The notes under the pieces: generated by a model
Seen by the model: only the letters and a program-made list of their open reading frames with translations
What the model was told of the DNA's origin: nothing
Database searches by the model: none
Source of the DNA: Mobula hypostoma
Taxonomy: Eukaryota
Length of the DNA: 64,000 nucleotides
Direction: 5' to 3'
Assembly: GCF_963921235.1 (NCBI RefSeq)
Contig: NC_086097.1
Location: 150,662,001 to 150,726,000 of the forward strand
Position numbers and translations under genes: made by a program
In this document: in pieces, positions 1 through 13,744 of the stretch
How positions within the stretch are numbered: the first letter of the stretch is position 1
Layout: every line of letters begins with the position of its first letter

Positions 1-3000
1 GTGGAAGAAGAGGAGAGCGGTAGTGATAGGGGACTTGATAGTTAGAGGTACAGAAAGGAGGTTCTGTGGTCGTGACAGAGACTCCCGGATGGTTTGTTGC
101 CTCCCGGGTGCCAGGGTCAGGGATGTCTCTGATCGCGTGCACAGCATTCTGAAGTGGGAGGGTGATCAGCCAGATGTCATGGCACACATCGGTACCAATG
201 ACGTAGGAAGAAAGAGTGAGGAGGTCCTGAAGAGAGAACTTGGTAGGAAGTTAAAAAGCAGGACCTCGAGGGTGATAATCTCAGGATTGCTACCTGTGCC
301 ATGTGCCAGTGAGGGTAAGAATAGGATGCTCTGGCAGATAAACATATGGCTGAGGATCTGGTGTAGAGGGCAGTTTTTCAGATTTCAGGAACATTGGGAC
401 CTCTTTTGGGGTGCAAGAAAGACGGGTTACACCTGAACTACAAGGGAACCAAAATCCTTGCAGGGAGGTTTGTTAGTGCTTTTGGGGAGGGTTTAAACTA
501 GATTTGCAGGGGATAGGAACCAAAGTGCCAGAGCAGATAGTGGAGTGGGGGTGAAAATAAATGATGTTAAAAGTTCATGCAAGGTCACAAACAGAAGGGT
601 TGTGTGTGGTGGTAATAATCTTCTGAGGTGCGTCTATTTCAATGCAAGGAGTATTGGGAAGGCAGACGAGCTGAGGACGTGGATTGACACATGGAATTAC
701 AACATTAGTGAAACTTGGCTACAGGAGGGGCAGGACTGGCAGCTTAATGTTCCAGGGTTCCGATGTTTCAGACGTGATAGAGGCAGAGGGATGAAGGGTG
801 GGGGGTGGCATTGCTCGTCAGGGAAAATGTTACAGCAGTGCTCAGGCAGGATAGATTAGAGGGCTTGTCTACCGAAGCCATACAGGTGGAGCTGAGAAAC
901 AGGAAAGGTATGACCACATTAATGGGGTTGTATTATAGACCACCCAATAGTCAGCGAGAATTGGAGGAGTAAATCTGCAGAGAGGTAGCAGACAACTGCA
1001 GGAAACGTAAAGTTGTGATAATAGGGGACTTTAATTTTCCACATATTGATTGGGACTCCCATACTGTTAAAAGTCTAGACGGGTTAGAGTTTGTAAAGTG
1101 TGTTCAGGAAAGTTTTCTAAATTAGTATATCGAGGTACCAACTAGAGAGAATGCAATATTAGATCTCCTGTTAGGAAACGAGTTAGGGCAGGTGATGGAA
1201 GTGTGTGTAGGGGAACACTTTGGTTCCAGTGATCATAACACCATTAGTTTCAACTTGATCATGGATAAAGATAGATGTGGTCCTTGGGTTCAGGTTCTAA
1301 ACTGGAAAAAGGCCAAATTTGAAGAAATGAGAAAGGATCTAAAAAGCATGGATTGGGACAGGTTGTTCTCTAGCAAAGATGTGATTGGTAAGTGGGAGGC
1401 CTTCAAAGGAGAAATTTTGAGAGTGCAAAGTTTGTATGTTCCTGTCAGGATTAAAGGCAAAGTGAGTAAGAATAAGGAACTTGGTTCTCGAGGGATATTG
1501 GAACTCAGATAAAGAAGAAGAGAGAGATGTATGACATGTATAGGAAATGGAGCAAATAAGGTGCTTGAGGAATATAAAAAGTGCAGAAAAATACTTAAGA
1601 AAGAAATCAGGAGGGCTAAAAGAAGACATGAGGTTGCTTTGGCAGTCAAGCTGTAGGATAATTCAAAGAGCTTCTACAGGTATATTAAGAGCAAAAGGAT
1701 AGTAAGGGATAAAATTGGTCCTCTTGAAGATTAGAGTGGTCGGCTATGTATGGAACCAAAAGAAATGGGAGAGAGGTTTTTTGCGTCTGTATTTACTCAG
1801 GAACCTGGCATGGAGTCAATAGAAATAAGGCAAACAAGTAGTAAGGTCATGGAACCTATACAGATTGAAGAGGAGGAGGTGCTTGCTATCTTGAGGCAAA
1901 TCAGAGTGCATAAATCCCCAGGACCTGACAGGGTATTCCCTTGGACCTTTGAAATTGCAGGGGCCCTGGCAGATATATTTAAAATGTCGGTATCCACGGG
2001 TGAAGTGCCGGAGGATTGGAGGATAGCTCATGTTGTTCCCTTCTTTAAAAAAGGCTCAAAAAGTAATCCGGGAAGTTATAGGCCGGTAAGTTTGACATTG
2101 GTAGCAGGTAAGTTATTAGAAGGAGTACTAAGAGATGGGATCTACAAGTATTTGGATAGACAGAGACTTATTAGGGAGAGTCAACATGACTTTGTGCGTG
2201 GTAGGTCATGTTTAACAAATCTATTAGAGGTTTTCGAGGAGGTTACCAGGAAAGTGGATGTAGGGAAGGCAGTGGATGTTGCCTATATGGACTTCAGTAA
2301 GGCCTTTGATAAGATCCCGCATGGGAGGTTAGTTAGGAAGATTCATTCGCTAGGTATACATGGTGAGGTAGTAAATTGGATTAAACATTGGCTCAATGGG
2401 AGAAGCCAGAGAGTGGTAGTGGAGGATTGCTTCTCTGAGTAGAGGCCTGTTACTAGTGGTGTGCCACAGGGATCAGTGCTGGGTCCATTATTATTTGTCA
2501 TCTATATCAGTGATCTGGATGATAATGTGGTAAATTGGATCAGCAAATTTGCTGATGATACAAAGATTGGAGGTGTAGTGGACAGTGAGGAAGGTTTTCA
2601 AAGCTTGCAGAGGGATTTGGACCAGTTGGGAAAATGGGCTGAAAAATGGCAGATGGAGTTTAATACAGACAAGTGTGAGGTATTGCGCTTTGGAAGGACA
2701 AACCAAGGTAGAACATACAAGGTAAATGGTAGGACACTGAAGAGTGCAGTAGAACAGAAGGATCTGGGAATACAGATACAAAATTCCCTAAAAGTGGCAT
2801 CACAGGTAGATAGGGTCGTAAAGAGAGCTTTTGGTACATTGGCCTTTATAAATCAAAGTGTTGAGTATAGGAGTTGGAATGTTATGGTGAGGTTGTATAA
2901 GGCATTGGTGAGGCCGAATTTGGAGTATTGTGTGCAGTTTTGATCACCAAATTACAGGAAGGATATTAATAAGGTTGAAAGAGTGCAGAGAAGGTTTACA

Positions 3001-3466
3001 AGGATGTTGCCGGAACTAGAGAAACTGAGTTACAGAGAAAGGTTGAATAGGTTAGGACTTTATTCCCTGGAGCGTAGAAGAATGAGGGGAGATTTGATAG
3101 AGGTATATAAAAATTATGATGGGTATAGATAGAGTGAATGTAAACAGGCTTTTACCACTGAGGCAAGGGGAGAAAAAAACCAGAGGACATGGTTTAAGGG
3201 TGAAGGGGGAAAAGTTTAAAGAGAACATTAGTGGGGGCTTCTTCACACAGAGAGTGGTGAGAGTGTGGAATGAGCTGCCAGATGAAGTGGTAAATGCAGG
3301 CTCACTTTTAACATTTCAGAAAAACTTGGACAAGTACGTGGATGAGAGGTGTATAGAGGGATATGGTCCGTGTGCAGGTCAGTGGGACTAGGCAGAAGAA
3401 TGGCTCGGCACAGCCAAGAAGGGCCAAAAGGCCTGTTTCTGTGCTGTAATGTTTCTATGGTTCTAT
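1..3466 (+). mobile_element. CR1 LINE, subfamily A (5' end outside window), inactivated
   Basis: ORF1 SGNH-esterase remnant (GDLIVRG, HIGTND). ORF2 pieces: APE endonuclease (YFNARS, ETWL, SDHN) and RT ([26 protein letters not shown]), with multiple stops and frameshifts. 3' end is TTCTATGG-TTCTA. Confidence 0.95.
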
Positions 3467-5023
3467 CTTTCAAGGGGGTGAACCCTTGCAAGGCCACAGG
3501 GCTCAATGGAGTACTTGGTAAGGCTCTGAAAACCTGTGCCCCCAACTGCCGAGAGTATTCAAAGACATTTTCAATCTCTCAGTGCTAGAGTCAGAAGTTC
3601 CCACCTTCTTCAAAAGTGCAACAATTATATCAATGCCCAAGAAGAGCAGTGTGGCTACCTCAATGACTGTCATCCAGTAGTGCTCACACTTATGATGATG
3701 GAACGCTCTGAGAGCTTGGTCATGGCTAGAACCAACTCCTCTCTCAGCAAGGACCTGAACCCACTGCAATTTGCCTATCACCCCAATAGCTCTACAGCAG
3801 ACCTGATCTCAATGGCTCTCCACACACCCTTGGGTCACCTGGAAAGTGCAAATACCTATGTCAGGATGCTGTTTATCAACTATAGCTCAGCATTTAACAC
3901 CATCATTCCTACAGTCCAAATCGAAAAGCTACAGAACCTAGGCCTTTGTACCTGCCTCTGCAACTGGATCCTCGGCTTCTTAACTGGAAGCCCATAATCT
4001 GTGTAGATTGGAAATAACATCTCCACCCCACTGACAAGCAGCACTGGTACTCCACAGGAATGTGTGCTTAGCCCACTGCTCAACTCCCTTTACACCCATG
4101 ACTGTGGCTAGGCAGACCTGAAATGCCAGCAATGAATTTGCTGATGATACAACCATTGTTGGCAGAATTTCAGATGGTGACGAAAAAGCGGATGGGAGCA
4201 AGATATATCATTTAGGTGAGTAGCAACAACCTGACACTCAACATCAGCAAGACCAAAGAGCTGATTGTGAACTTTAGGAGGGGTAGGATGAGGGATCAGA
4301 AACTAATCCTCATAGAGGGATCCAAAGTGGAGAGAGTGAGCAATTTGATGTTCTTGGGTGTCATTATCTTTGACAACCTAACCAGGATGCAACATTTTAT
4401 CAGCTATAAAGACAGCAAGACAGCAGGTATATTTCATTAGGAGCTTGAGGAGATGTGGTTTGTTAAGTAAAACACTTGAAAACTTCTACAAATGTACCAT
4501 GAAGAGCATTCTGACTGGCTGCATCACCGTGTGGTGGGGCGGGGGGGGGGGTTGGTGTCTACTGCACAAGATCAAAATAAGTTGCAGAAAACTTGTAAAA
4601 CTAGTCAGCTGTATCATGGGCACCAGCCTCCATAGGATCCAAGACATCTTCAAAGAGTGGTGCCTTTGGAGGGCGGCATCCACCATTAAGGATCCCTACC
4701 ACCCAAGACATGCCCCCTTCACTTTGTTACTGGTGGGAAAGAGGGACAGAAGCCTGAAGCCACACATTCAGCATTTCAGGAACAGCTTTTTCCCTTCTGC
4801 CATCCATTTTCTAAATGGACATTGAACCCATGTACACTGCCTCACTACTTTTTTATTTCTGTTATTTTGCACTATGTATTTTAACTGAACTGTTTAATAT
4901 ACACGTACTTAACATAACTCAGTTTTTTCCAGTGTATTTACTTACCGTGTATTTCATTGTACTGCTGCTGTAAAGTTAACAAATTTCACAACATATGCCA
5001 GGGTTATTCAGTCTGATTCTGAT
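3467..5023 (+). mobile_element. Rex1/Babar-like LINE, degraded RT and 3' end
   Basis: LNDCHPVVLT, PLQFAYH, MLFINYSSAFNTI, FYKCTMKSILTGCIT, FRNSFFP; ends in a CTGATT-repeat tail. Confidence 0.85.
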
Positions 5024-5852
5024 TGGTTGAATGGTATTTCAAAAACAACGTAGCACTCAATATCAGCAAGACCAAGGAAATGATTGTGGATTTCAGGAAG
5101 GGGAAGTTGGGCGAACACATACCAGTCTTCATTGAGGGATCAGTGGTTGAAAGGCTGAACAGCTTCAAGTTCCTGGGCATCAACATTTTGAAGGAACACA
5201 CATCAAAGTTGCTGGTGAACGCAGCAGGTCAGGCAGCATCTGTTGCTGCCTGGCCTGCTGTGTTCACCAACAACTTTGATGTGTGTTGCTTGAATTTCCA
5301 GCATCTGCAGAATTCCTGTTGTTAACATTTTGAAGGATCTATCTTGGGCCCACAGTGACACAAACATGAAGAACGCACACCACTGATGAGATGTCATTAG
5401 GAGTGTCGGGAGATTTGGTATGTCACCACCCTTACAAACTTCTAGAGGTGTGCATTGTCTTGACTGGATGCATCGCAGATGGGTGTGGAGATTCAAATAC
5501 ACAAAATTGCCAGTGGCTGCAGAACGTTGTAGACTCAGCTGGTTCCACAATGAGCACAGCCCTCCCCACAATCGAGGCAGTGCCTCGAAAAGGTGGCATC
5601 CAGCAGTAAGGACCCTCACCATTTGGGAAATGCCCTCTTCTTGTTAAACCATCAAGAGGAGGTACAGGAGCTTGAAGACCCTTTGCCATCAGATTTCTGA
5701 AAGGTCCATGAACACTTAACTTGTTCACTGTCTTTTGCACTACTTAATTGATTTTGTAAGTTATAGAAATCTTTTTATGTAGGGCACTGTACTGCTGCCA
5801 CAAAACAACAAATTCCATGACATGTCAGTGATATTAAACCTGCATGTGATTC
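5024..5852 (+). mobile_element. Second Rex1/Babar-like 3' fragment, interrupted by a mini-PLE
   Basis: LNISKTKEMIVDFR, FKFLGINI; 3' UTR resembles the preceding copy. Confidence 0.75.
5196..5323. mobile_element. 128-bp fold-back Penelope-like insertion
   Basis: Inverted arms 5195-5238 and 5244-5287, 5-nt loop, 36-nt tail. TSD AACATTTTGAAGGA at 5182-5195 and 5324-5337. Sequence matches the 3' terminus of the PLE at 14890-14971. Confidence 0.9.
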
Positions 5853-5927
5853 TTCCTATCCTTCTGTAGTGCAAGTGTAACTTGCCATTTTTCAGTTCAT
5901 GCTTCAATGCCATGTAGCTTTTGCGTC

Positions 5928-8918
5928 ATAGAACATAGAATAGTACAGCACAGTACAGGCCCTTTGGCCCACAATGTTGTGCCAACCGTCAAACCCTGCC
6001 TCCCATATAAGCCCTCACCTTAAATTCCTTCATATACCTGTCTAGTAGTCTCTTAAACTTCACTAGTGTATCTGCCTCCACCACTAAATCAGGCAGTACA
6101 TTCCACGCACCAACCAGTCTCTGAGTAAAAAGACCTTCCTCTCCTATCCCCCTTGAACTTCCCACCCCTTACCTTAAAGCCATGTCCTCTTGTATTGAGC
6201 AGTGGTGCCCTGGGGAAGAGGCGCTGGTTATCCACTCTATCTATTCTTCTTATTATCTTGTACACCTCTATCATGTCTCCTCTCATCCTCCTTCTCTCCA
6301 AAGAGTAAAGCCCTAGCTCCCTTAACCTCTGATCATAATGCATACTCTCTTATCCAGGCAGCACCCTGGTAAATCTCCTCTGTACCCTTTCCAATTCTTC
6401 CACATCCTTCCTATAGCAAGGCGACCAGAACTGGACACAGTACTCTACAAGTGTGGCCTAACCAGAGTTTTATAGAGTTGCATCATTCAATCGCGACTCT
6501 TAAACTCTATCCCTTGACTTATGAAAGCTAACACCCCATAAGCTTTCTTAACTACCCTATCCACCTGTGAGGCAACTTTCAGGGATCTGTGGACATGTAC
6601 CCCCAGATCCCTCTGCTCCTCCACACTACCAAATATCCTGCCATTTACTTTGTACTCTGCCTTGGAGTTTGTCCTTCCAAAGTGTACCACCTCACACTTC
6701 TCTGGGTTGAACTCTATCTGCCACTTCTCAGCCCACTTCTGCATCCTATCAATGTCTCTCTGCAATCTTTGACAATCCTCTACACTATCCACAACACCAC
6801 CAACCTTTGTATCGTCTGCAAACTTGCCAACCCACCCTTCTACCCCCACATCCAGGTCATTAATAAAAATCACGAAAAGTAGAGGTCCCAGAACAGATCC
6901 TTGTGGGACACCCTAGTCACAATCCTCCAATCTGAATGTACTCCCTCCACCACAACCCTCTGCCTTCTGCAGGCAAGCCAATTCTGAATCCACCTGGCCA
7001 AACTTCCCTTGATCCCATGCCTTCTGACTTTCTGAATAAGCCTACCGTGTGGAACCTTGTTAAATGCCTTACTAAAATCCATGTAGATCACATCCACTGC
7101 ACTACCGTCATCTATATGCCTGATCACCTCCTCAAAGAACTCTATCAGGCTTGTTAGATACGATCTGCCCTTCACAAAGCCATGCTGACTATCCCTGATC
7201 AGACCATGATTCTCTAAATGCCCATAGATCCTATCTCTAAGAATCTTTTCCAACAGCTTTCCCACCACAGACGTAGGGCTCACTGGTCTATAATTACCTG
7301 GACTATCCCTACTACCTTTTTTGAACAAGGGGACAACATTTGCCTCTCTCCAATCCTCCGGTACCATGCCCGTGGACAACGAGGACATAAAGATCCTAGC
7401 CAGAGGCTCAGCAATCTCTTCCCTCACCTCGTGGAGCTGCCTGGGGAATATTCCGTCAGGCCCCGGGGACTTATCCGTCCTAATTATTTTAACAACTTCG
7501 ACACCTCCTCTCCCTTAATATCAACATGCTCCAGAACATCAACCTCACTCATATTGTCCTCACCATCATCAAGTTCCCTCTCATTGGTGAATACTGAAGA
7601 GAAGTATTCATTGAGAACCTCGCTCACTTCCACAGCCTCCAGGCACATTTTCCCACCTTTATCTCTAATTGGTCCTACCTTCACTCCTGTCATCCTTTTT
7701 TTCTTCACATAATTGAAGAATGCCTTGGGGTTTTCCTTTACCCTACTCACCAAGGCCTTCTCATGCCCCCTTCTTGCTCTTCTCAGCCCTTTCTTAAGCT
7801 CCTTTCTTGCTTCCCTATATTCCTCAATAGACCCATCTGATCCCTGCTTCCTAAACCTCATGTATGCTGTCTTCTTCCACCTGACTAGATTTTCCACCTC
7901 ACTTGTCACTCATGGTTCCTTCACCCTACCATTCTTTATCTTCCTCACTGGGACAAATTTATCCCTAACATCCAGCAAGAGATCCCTAAACATCGACCAC
8001 ATGTCCATAGTACATTTCCCTGCAAAAACATCATCCCAATTCACACCCGCAAGTTCTAGCTTTATAGCCTCATAATTTGCCCTTCCCTAATTTAAAATTT
8101 TCCTGTCATCTCTGATTCTATCCTTTTCCATGATAATGCTAAAGGCAAGGGAGCGGTGGTCACTGTCCCCCAGATGCTCACCCACTGAGAGATCTGTGAC
8201 CTGACCCGGTTCATTACCAAGTACTAGATCTAGTATGGCATTCCCCCTAGTCGGCCTGTCCACATACTGTGACAGGAATCCGTGCTGGACACACTTAACA
8301 AATTCTGCCCCATCTAAACCCTTGGAACTAATCAGGTGCTAATCAATATTAGGGAAGTTAAAGTCACCCATGATAACAATCCTGTTATTTTTGTACCTTT
8401 CCAAAATCTGCCTCCCAATCTGCTCCTCGGTATCTCTGCTGCTACCAGGGGGCCTATAGAATACCCCCAATAGAGTAACTGCTCCCTTCCTGTTCCTGAC
8501 TTCCACCGTACTGACTCAAAAGAGGATCCTGCTACATTACCCACCCTTTCTGTAGCTGTAATAGTATCCCTGACCAGTAATGCCACCCCTCCTCCCCTTT
8601 TTCTGCCCTCTCTATCCCTTTTAAAGCACTGAAATCCAGGAATATTGAGAATCCATTCCTGCCCTGGTGCCAGCCAAGTCTCTGTAATGGCCACTACGTC
8701 ATAATTCCATGTATGTATCCAAGCTCTCAGTTCATCACCTTTGTTCCTGATGCTTCTTGCATTGAGGTACACACACTTCAGCCCTTCTACCTTACTGTCT
8801 TTACACCGTTTATTCTGCTTCTCTTTCCTCAAAGCCTCTCTATATGTTAGATCTGGCTTTACTCCATGCACTTCTTTCACTGCTCTATTGCTCTGGGTCC
8901 CATCCCCCTTGCAAATTA
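5928..8918 (-). mobile_element. CR1 LINE, subfamily B, 5'-truncated (ORF2 region)
   Basis: YLNARSIRNK, ETWL, YRPVSPTS, DFSKAFN, KFADD, RGHGFK; 3' TTCTATG repeats; frameshifted. Confidence 0.95.
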
Positions 8919-10047
8919 GGCATGCTAGAAGGTATTGCCTGCTTCATTTACTGAGTTCTGCATGGAACTGATCATTGTGCAATTGTCAGTGAGCATCCCT
9001 GCTTCTGGCTTTGTGACTGAAGGAAGCTCATTGATATTGCAGCTGAACTTGGTTGTCCTAGGATAGTGCCCTGAGAAATTCCTTCAGTGAAGTCATTGAT
9101 TAACCTTCAACAAACTTCTTCCTTTGTGTGAGGTATAAATCTAGACAAGGGAATGTTTCATTTTGATGCCTATTGACTTAAGTTTTACTAAGATGTCTTA
9201 GCTGTACTCAGTCGCATACTGCTTTGGTCAAAGGCAGTCACTCACATCACCTCCAATTTCTGCTCCTTGGTCTGTGTTTGACTGTGATGAGACCTGGAGC
9301 TGAGTGGTCTTGGCAAAACCCAAAATGGTCATCAGTGAGTAAATACTACTTCATAGCATTGCCAATGTCAATTTTCATTACACTGCTCATGAACTTAAAC
9401 AGCAATCCCTCCAACCATTAAGCAATGGTTACACCCTAACAGCCAATGTACACAAGTCACAATTTCTGTCATTCTACTGTAAGAAACTAAGGTTAATTTT
9501 ATATAGGCAATTCACATGTAACTATTTTGCATTTTTTGCAATAATTGGCCTGCATTTTTTGTGAGAAACTACAGTAGTTTTTGCTTAAGCACTGAGTAAA
9601 TTATAATTGCTGTGCAGTAATTTATTTGCTGTAAGTTAATGTGAATTCCACATGATAAACAAATGACTTGCATATTTCCAGTTAGATTCCATTGCCTACA
9701 TTTCAGTTTGAAATGGCCTTTTTGACTAGTAAAAGCACATTAGAGCTCAGTTACAGGCAGTAACTCTGCCAATAAGAACAGGAACTTGCTATATTAACAG
9801 TTAATTGTTAACCAGTTTGGAATGGGTTGAATGTCATGTTGTTTCAGTCAGGTCCAAAAGTTTCTGTCCCTGTAGGACATTGGTAAGCCATCAAGTTTAG
9901 TGGCACTCTGACAAGTTCATTGCCACTTTTTCTGATACCATTGAGTAAATGGCAGAGTCATGCAGATTATTTTAACAAATTACAGTACAATTCCAATAAT
10001 ATGCTTTCCAATTATTCTGAATCCTAATGCTTCAGCATCTAAGTCAC

Positions 10048-10205
10048 CTTGAAACTCACTAGCGCCCGATTTCCACACTCTCTTGAAACTCACCAGAGCC
10101 CCATTCTTGAATTTCCTTGAAACTTATTGGAACTCTGTTACTTGTGCACACTTAGAACTCACGGAGGCCCTTATTCCACACACCCTTGAAATTTACCAGG
10201 TTCAC
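10048..10205. repeat. Degenerate ~34-bp tandem repeat, about 5 units
   Basis: CTTGAAACTCAC-like heads at 10048, 10082, 10116, 10151 and 10185. Confidence 0.75.
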
Positions 10206-11434
10206 TGGGACGTTTACGGCAGTACTGTGTAATACAAAAAACAAGGATATTAATTGCCATTACACCCAGAGGTCTGGAAAATATGCCAGTCCATCTTCAC
10301 CAAAATCGTGAACTTGCTGAATTTTTGGAGTTTTTCTATCAAATTAGCATCATAGTGGGACCAACCCTGTTATTCTAGTGTCTGGATTGCTAATCCAGTA
10401 ACTGCATTATTGAGGGAAAATGTTCAGTGGATTTCTACAAAGGTCTGCACCAACATGTGTGATGTTATTTCTTGTGGAATTGTTTAAGAGCCCAAAGTAG
10501 TTCCACATTTCAGTTCATATGCTCAATTCCACATTTATGTTTATAAGTTCAATGTACACAGAACATGTATTCAGAATCAGGTTTAATATTACGACTTATG
10601 TCCTGAAATATGCTCTGCTGCATGTATTTTTAGTTTCTGGGACAAAAATCCATGTTACCAAGCAATGCTTTAACCTCTCAGTTGCTTTTGAAACAATTGC
10701 CCACGGCCTTTTTATTTTCCTTATGGTATTTGGTGATATAGTCTCTTTAATTATATTCAGTACAAACCTTAATGTGTCATTAAGATGTTTTGGGGCTGTG
10801 GTGCCAAATTGTATAATTCATCTTTTTAACAGAAAACTCATTATCATTAGTTGCAATTCCAACTCCTCCATAGCTCAATTAAACTGTGCTGTGAAACAGA
10901 GACACATCTTTCTCCCTTATTAGGGAGAGAGAGAACCTGTGGTATGTCGAATACCAGGTGAACGAGTAGTCTTTGGAGTATTGCAAGTCTGTGTCTTTGT
11001 TGCTTTTGCTGCATGCTTGGGTGCTCTGCAGCGGGTGCCGGTGCTGTTTTTTGCTGGTAGTGGAGGGGTGGGGGGATTGTTGCTTGCTGCCGCTTACGCG
11101 TGGGGAGGGAGGGGACTGGGGGGGGTAACTTAGGGGTTCTAACAATTAACTGTCATTCATTCTTTGGGCTACTCTGTTTTTATGAATGGTTGCAAAGAAA
11201 AAGCATTTCAGGATTATATTGTATACATGTCTCTGACATTAAATGTACCTTTAAAACTAAATTTTAAATGCAGGCTTGGTGCACATTTGATATTCAGCTA
11301 AATAGTAAACCTCACCTGTTAATCATTAAGACTAGGCATTTTGGCCTGGAGTTTAAAGGTTATCTTGATTATTTTACCCAAAGGGTGAAAACGGGCTAAA
11401 TGGGTAGAATTCAAATAAGACAACCCTTCCCCAT

Positions 11435-12465
11435 ATTGAATTGACTTTATTTCTTACATCCTTCACATACATAAGGAGTAAAAATCTTTTCGTTACATCT
11501 CATCTAAATGTGAAATGTGCAATCATAGTAATTTATAATAAATAGAACAGTCAATGTAACATAGAAATACACTCAAATCAGCATGAGTTAATCAGTCTAG
11601 TGGAAGAAGCTGTCCCGGAGCCTATTGGTCCTGGCTTTTATGCTGCGGTACCATTTCCTGGATTCCAGCAGTGAGAATAGATTGAGGTTGGGGTGACCCA
11701 GGTCCCCAATGATCCTACGAGCCCTTTTTACACACCTATCTTTGTAAATGTCCTGAATCATGGGAAGTTCACAACTACAGGTCCACACCACTCTCTGCAG
11801 AATCCTGCGATTAAGGGAGGTACAGTTCCCATACCAGGCAGTGATGCAGCCAGTCAGGATGCTCTCAACTGTGCCCTGTAGAAAGTTCTTAGGATTTGAG
11901 GGCCCATACCAAACCTCCTCAATCGTCTGAGCTGAAAGAGGTGGTGCTGTGCCTTTTTCACCACACGGCTGATGTGTATAGACCACGTGAGGTCCTCAGT
12001 GATGTGGATGCCGAGGAATTTAAAGCCGTTTACCTTCTCAACCCCAGATCCATTGATGTCAATAGGGGTTAGCCCATCTCCATTCTTCCTGTAATCCACA
12101 ACCAGCTCCTTTGTTTTGGCGACATTGAGGGAGAGGTTGTTTTCTTGACACCACTGTGTCAGAGAGATGACTTCTTCCCTGCAGGCCACCTCGTTATTGT
12201 TTGAGATTAGGCCAATCAATGTAGTGTCGTCGTCAAATTTAATTAGCAGATTAGCGCTGTGGATGGTGACATAGTCATGGGTATGCAGGGAGTAAAGGAG
12301 GGGACTTAGTACACAGCCCTGAGGGACTCCTGTGTTGAGGGTCAGAGGGGTGAAGGTGAGGGAGCCCATTCTTACCACCTACCAGCGATCTGACAGGAAG
12401 TCCAGGATCCAGCTGCACAAGGCAAGGTCAAGGCTGAAGTCTCTTGAGCTTCTTGTCGAGCCTGG
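11435..12465 (-). mobile_element. Rex1/Babar-like LINE, 5'-truncated
   Basis: TGVPQGCVLSPLLYSL, KFDDD, LNVAKTKELVVDYR, ESILTGCITAWYG; AATAAAG followed by a TCAAT tail. Confidence 0.9.
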
Positions 12466-12608
12466 ATTAGCCATATGGGGAAATCATTCAATCAAAAAAC
12501 TATAGTCATAATACTTAAATACTGAAAAGATGAGATATTTGTGGAGTAACACACATAAAAGTTGCTGGTGAACGCAGCAGGCCAGGCAGCATCTCTAGGA
12601 AGAGGTGC

Positions 12609-12644
12609 AGTCGACGTTTCAGGCCGAGACCCTTCGTCAGGACT
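12609..12644 (-). ncRNA. Minimal type-I hammerhead ribozyme
   Basis: AGTC-CTGACGA-AGGGTCTCGGCCT-GAAA-C-GTC^GACT: core boxes, helix I AGTC/GACT, helix II AGG/CCT. Confidence 0.85.
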
Positions 12645-12942
12645 AACTGAAGGAAGAGTGAGTAAGGAATTTGAAAGTTGGAGGGGGAGGGGGAGATCCA
12701 AAATGATAGGAGAAGACAGGAGGGGGAGGGATAGAGCCAAGAGCTGGACAGGTGATAGGCAAAAGGGATACGAGAGGATCATGGGACAGGAGGTCCGGGA
12801 AGAAAGACAAGGAGGTGGGGGGGGGACCCAGAGGATGGGCAAGGGGTATATTCAGAGGGACAGAGGGAGAAAAAGGAGAGTGAGAGAAAGAATGTGTGTA
12901 TAAAAATAAGTAACAGATGGGGTACGAGGGAGAGGTGGGGCA

Positions 12943-13744
12943 TTAGCGGAAGTTAGAGAAGTCGATGTTCGTGCCATCAGGTTGGAGGCTACCCAGACGG
13001 AATATAAGGTGTTGTTCCTCCAACCTGAGTGTGGCTTCATCTTTACAGTAGAGGAGGCCATGGATAGACATGTCAGAATGGGAATGGGATGTGGAATTAA
13101 AATGTGTGGCCACTGGAAGATCCTGCTTTCTCTGGCGGACAGAACGTAGACGTTCAGCAAAGCGGTCTCCCAGTCTGCGTCGGGTCTCGCCAATATATAA
13201 AAGGCCACATCGGGAGCACCGGACACAGTATATCATCCCAGCCGACTCACAGGTGAAGTGTTGCCTCACCTGGAAGGACTGTTTGGGGCCCTGAATGGTG
13301 ATAAGGGAGGAAGTGTAAGGGCATGTGTAGCACTTGTTCCACTTACACGGATAAGTGCCAGGAGGGAGATCAGTGGGGAGGGATGGGGGGAACAAATGGA
13401 CAAGGGAGTTGCGTAGGGAGCGATCCCTGCGGAATGCAGAGAGAGTGGGGGAGGGAAAGATGTGCTTAGTGGTGGGATCCCGTTGGAGGTGGCGGAAGTT
13501 ACGGAGAATATTATGTTGGACCCGGAGGCTGGTGGGGTGGTAGGTGAGGACCAGGGGAACCCTATTCCTAGTGGGGTGGCGGGAGGATGGAGTGAGAGCA
13601 GATGTACGTGAAATGAGGGAGATGCGTTTAAGAGCAGAGTTGATAGTGGAGGAAGGGAAGCCCCTTTCTTTAAAAAAGGAAGACATCTCCCTCGTCCTAG
13701 AATGAAAAGCCTCATCCTGAGAGCAGATGCGGCGGAGACGGAGG
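12943..13744 (-). pseudogene. PLE RT C-terminus, Cys linker and GIY-YIG endonuclease (open frame, 5'-truncated)
   Basis: ORF 12943..13806: LRLRRICSQ...GMIYCVRCSRCGLLYIGETRRRL...RLEEQHLIFRLGSLQPDGTN. The N-terminal ~20 aa are an artefact of the fold-back junction. Confidence 0.9.

Noticed and set aside
10048..10205. CRISPR-like repeat/spacer appearance
   Set aside because: Eukaryotic context, no cas genes, the head is only about 12 bp and the 'spacers' resemble each other.
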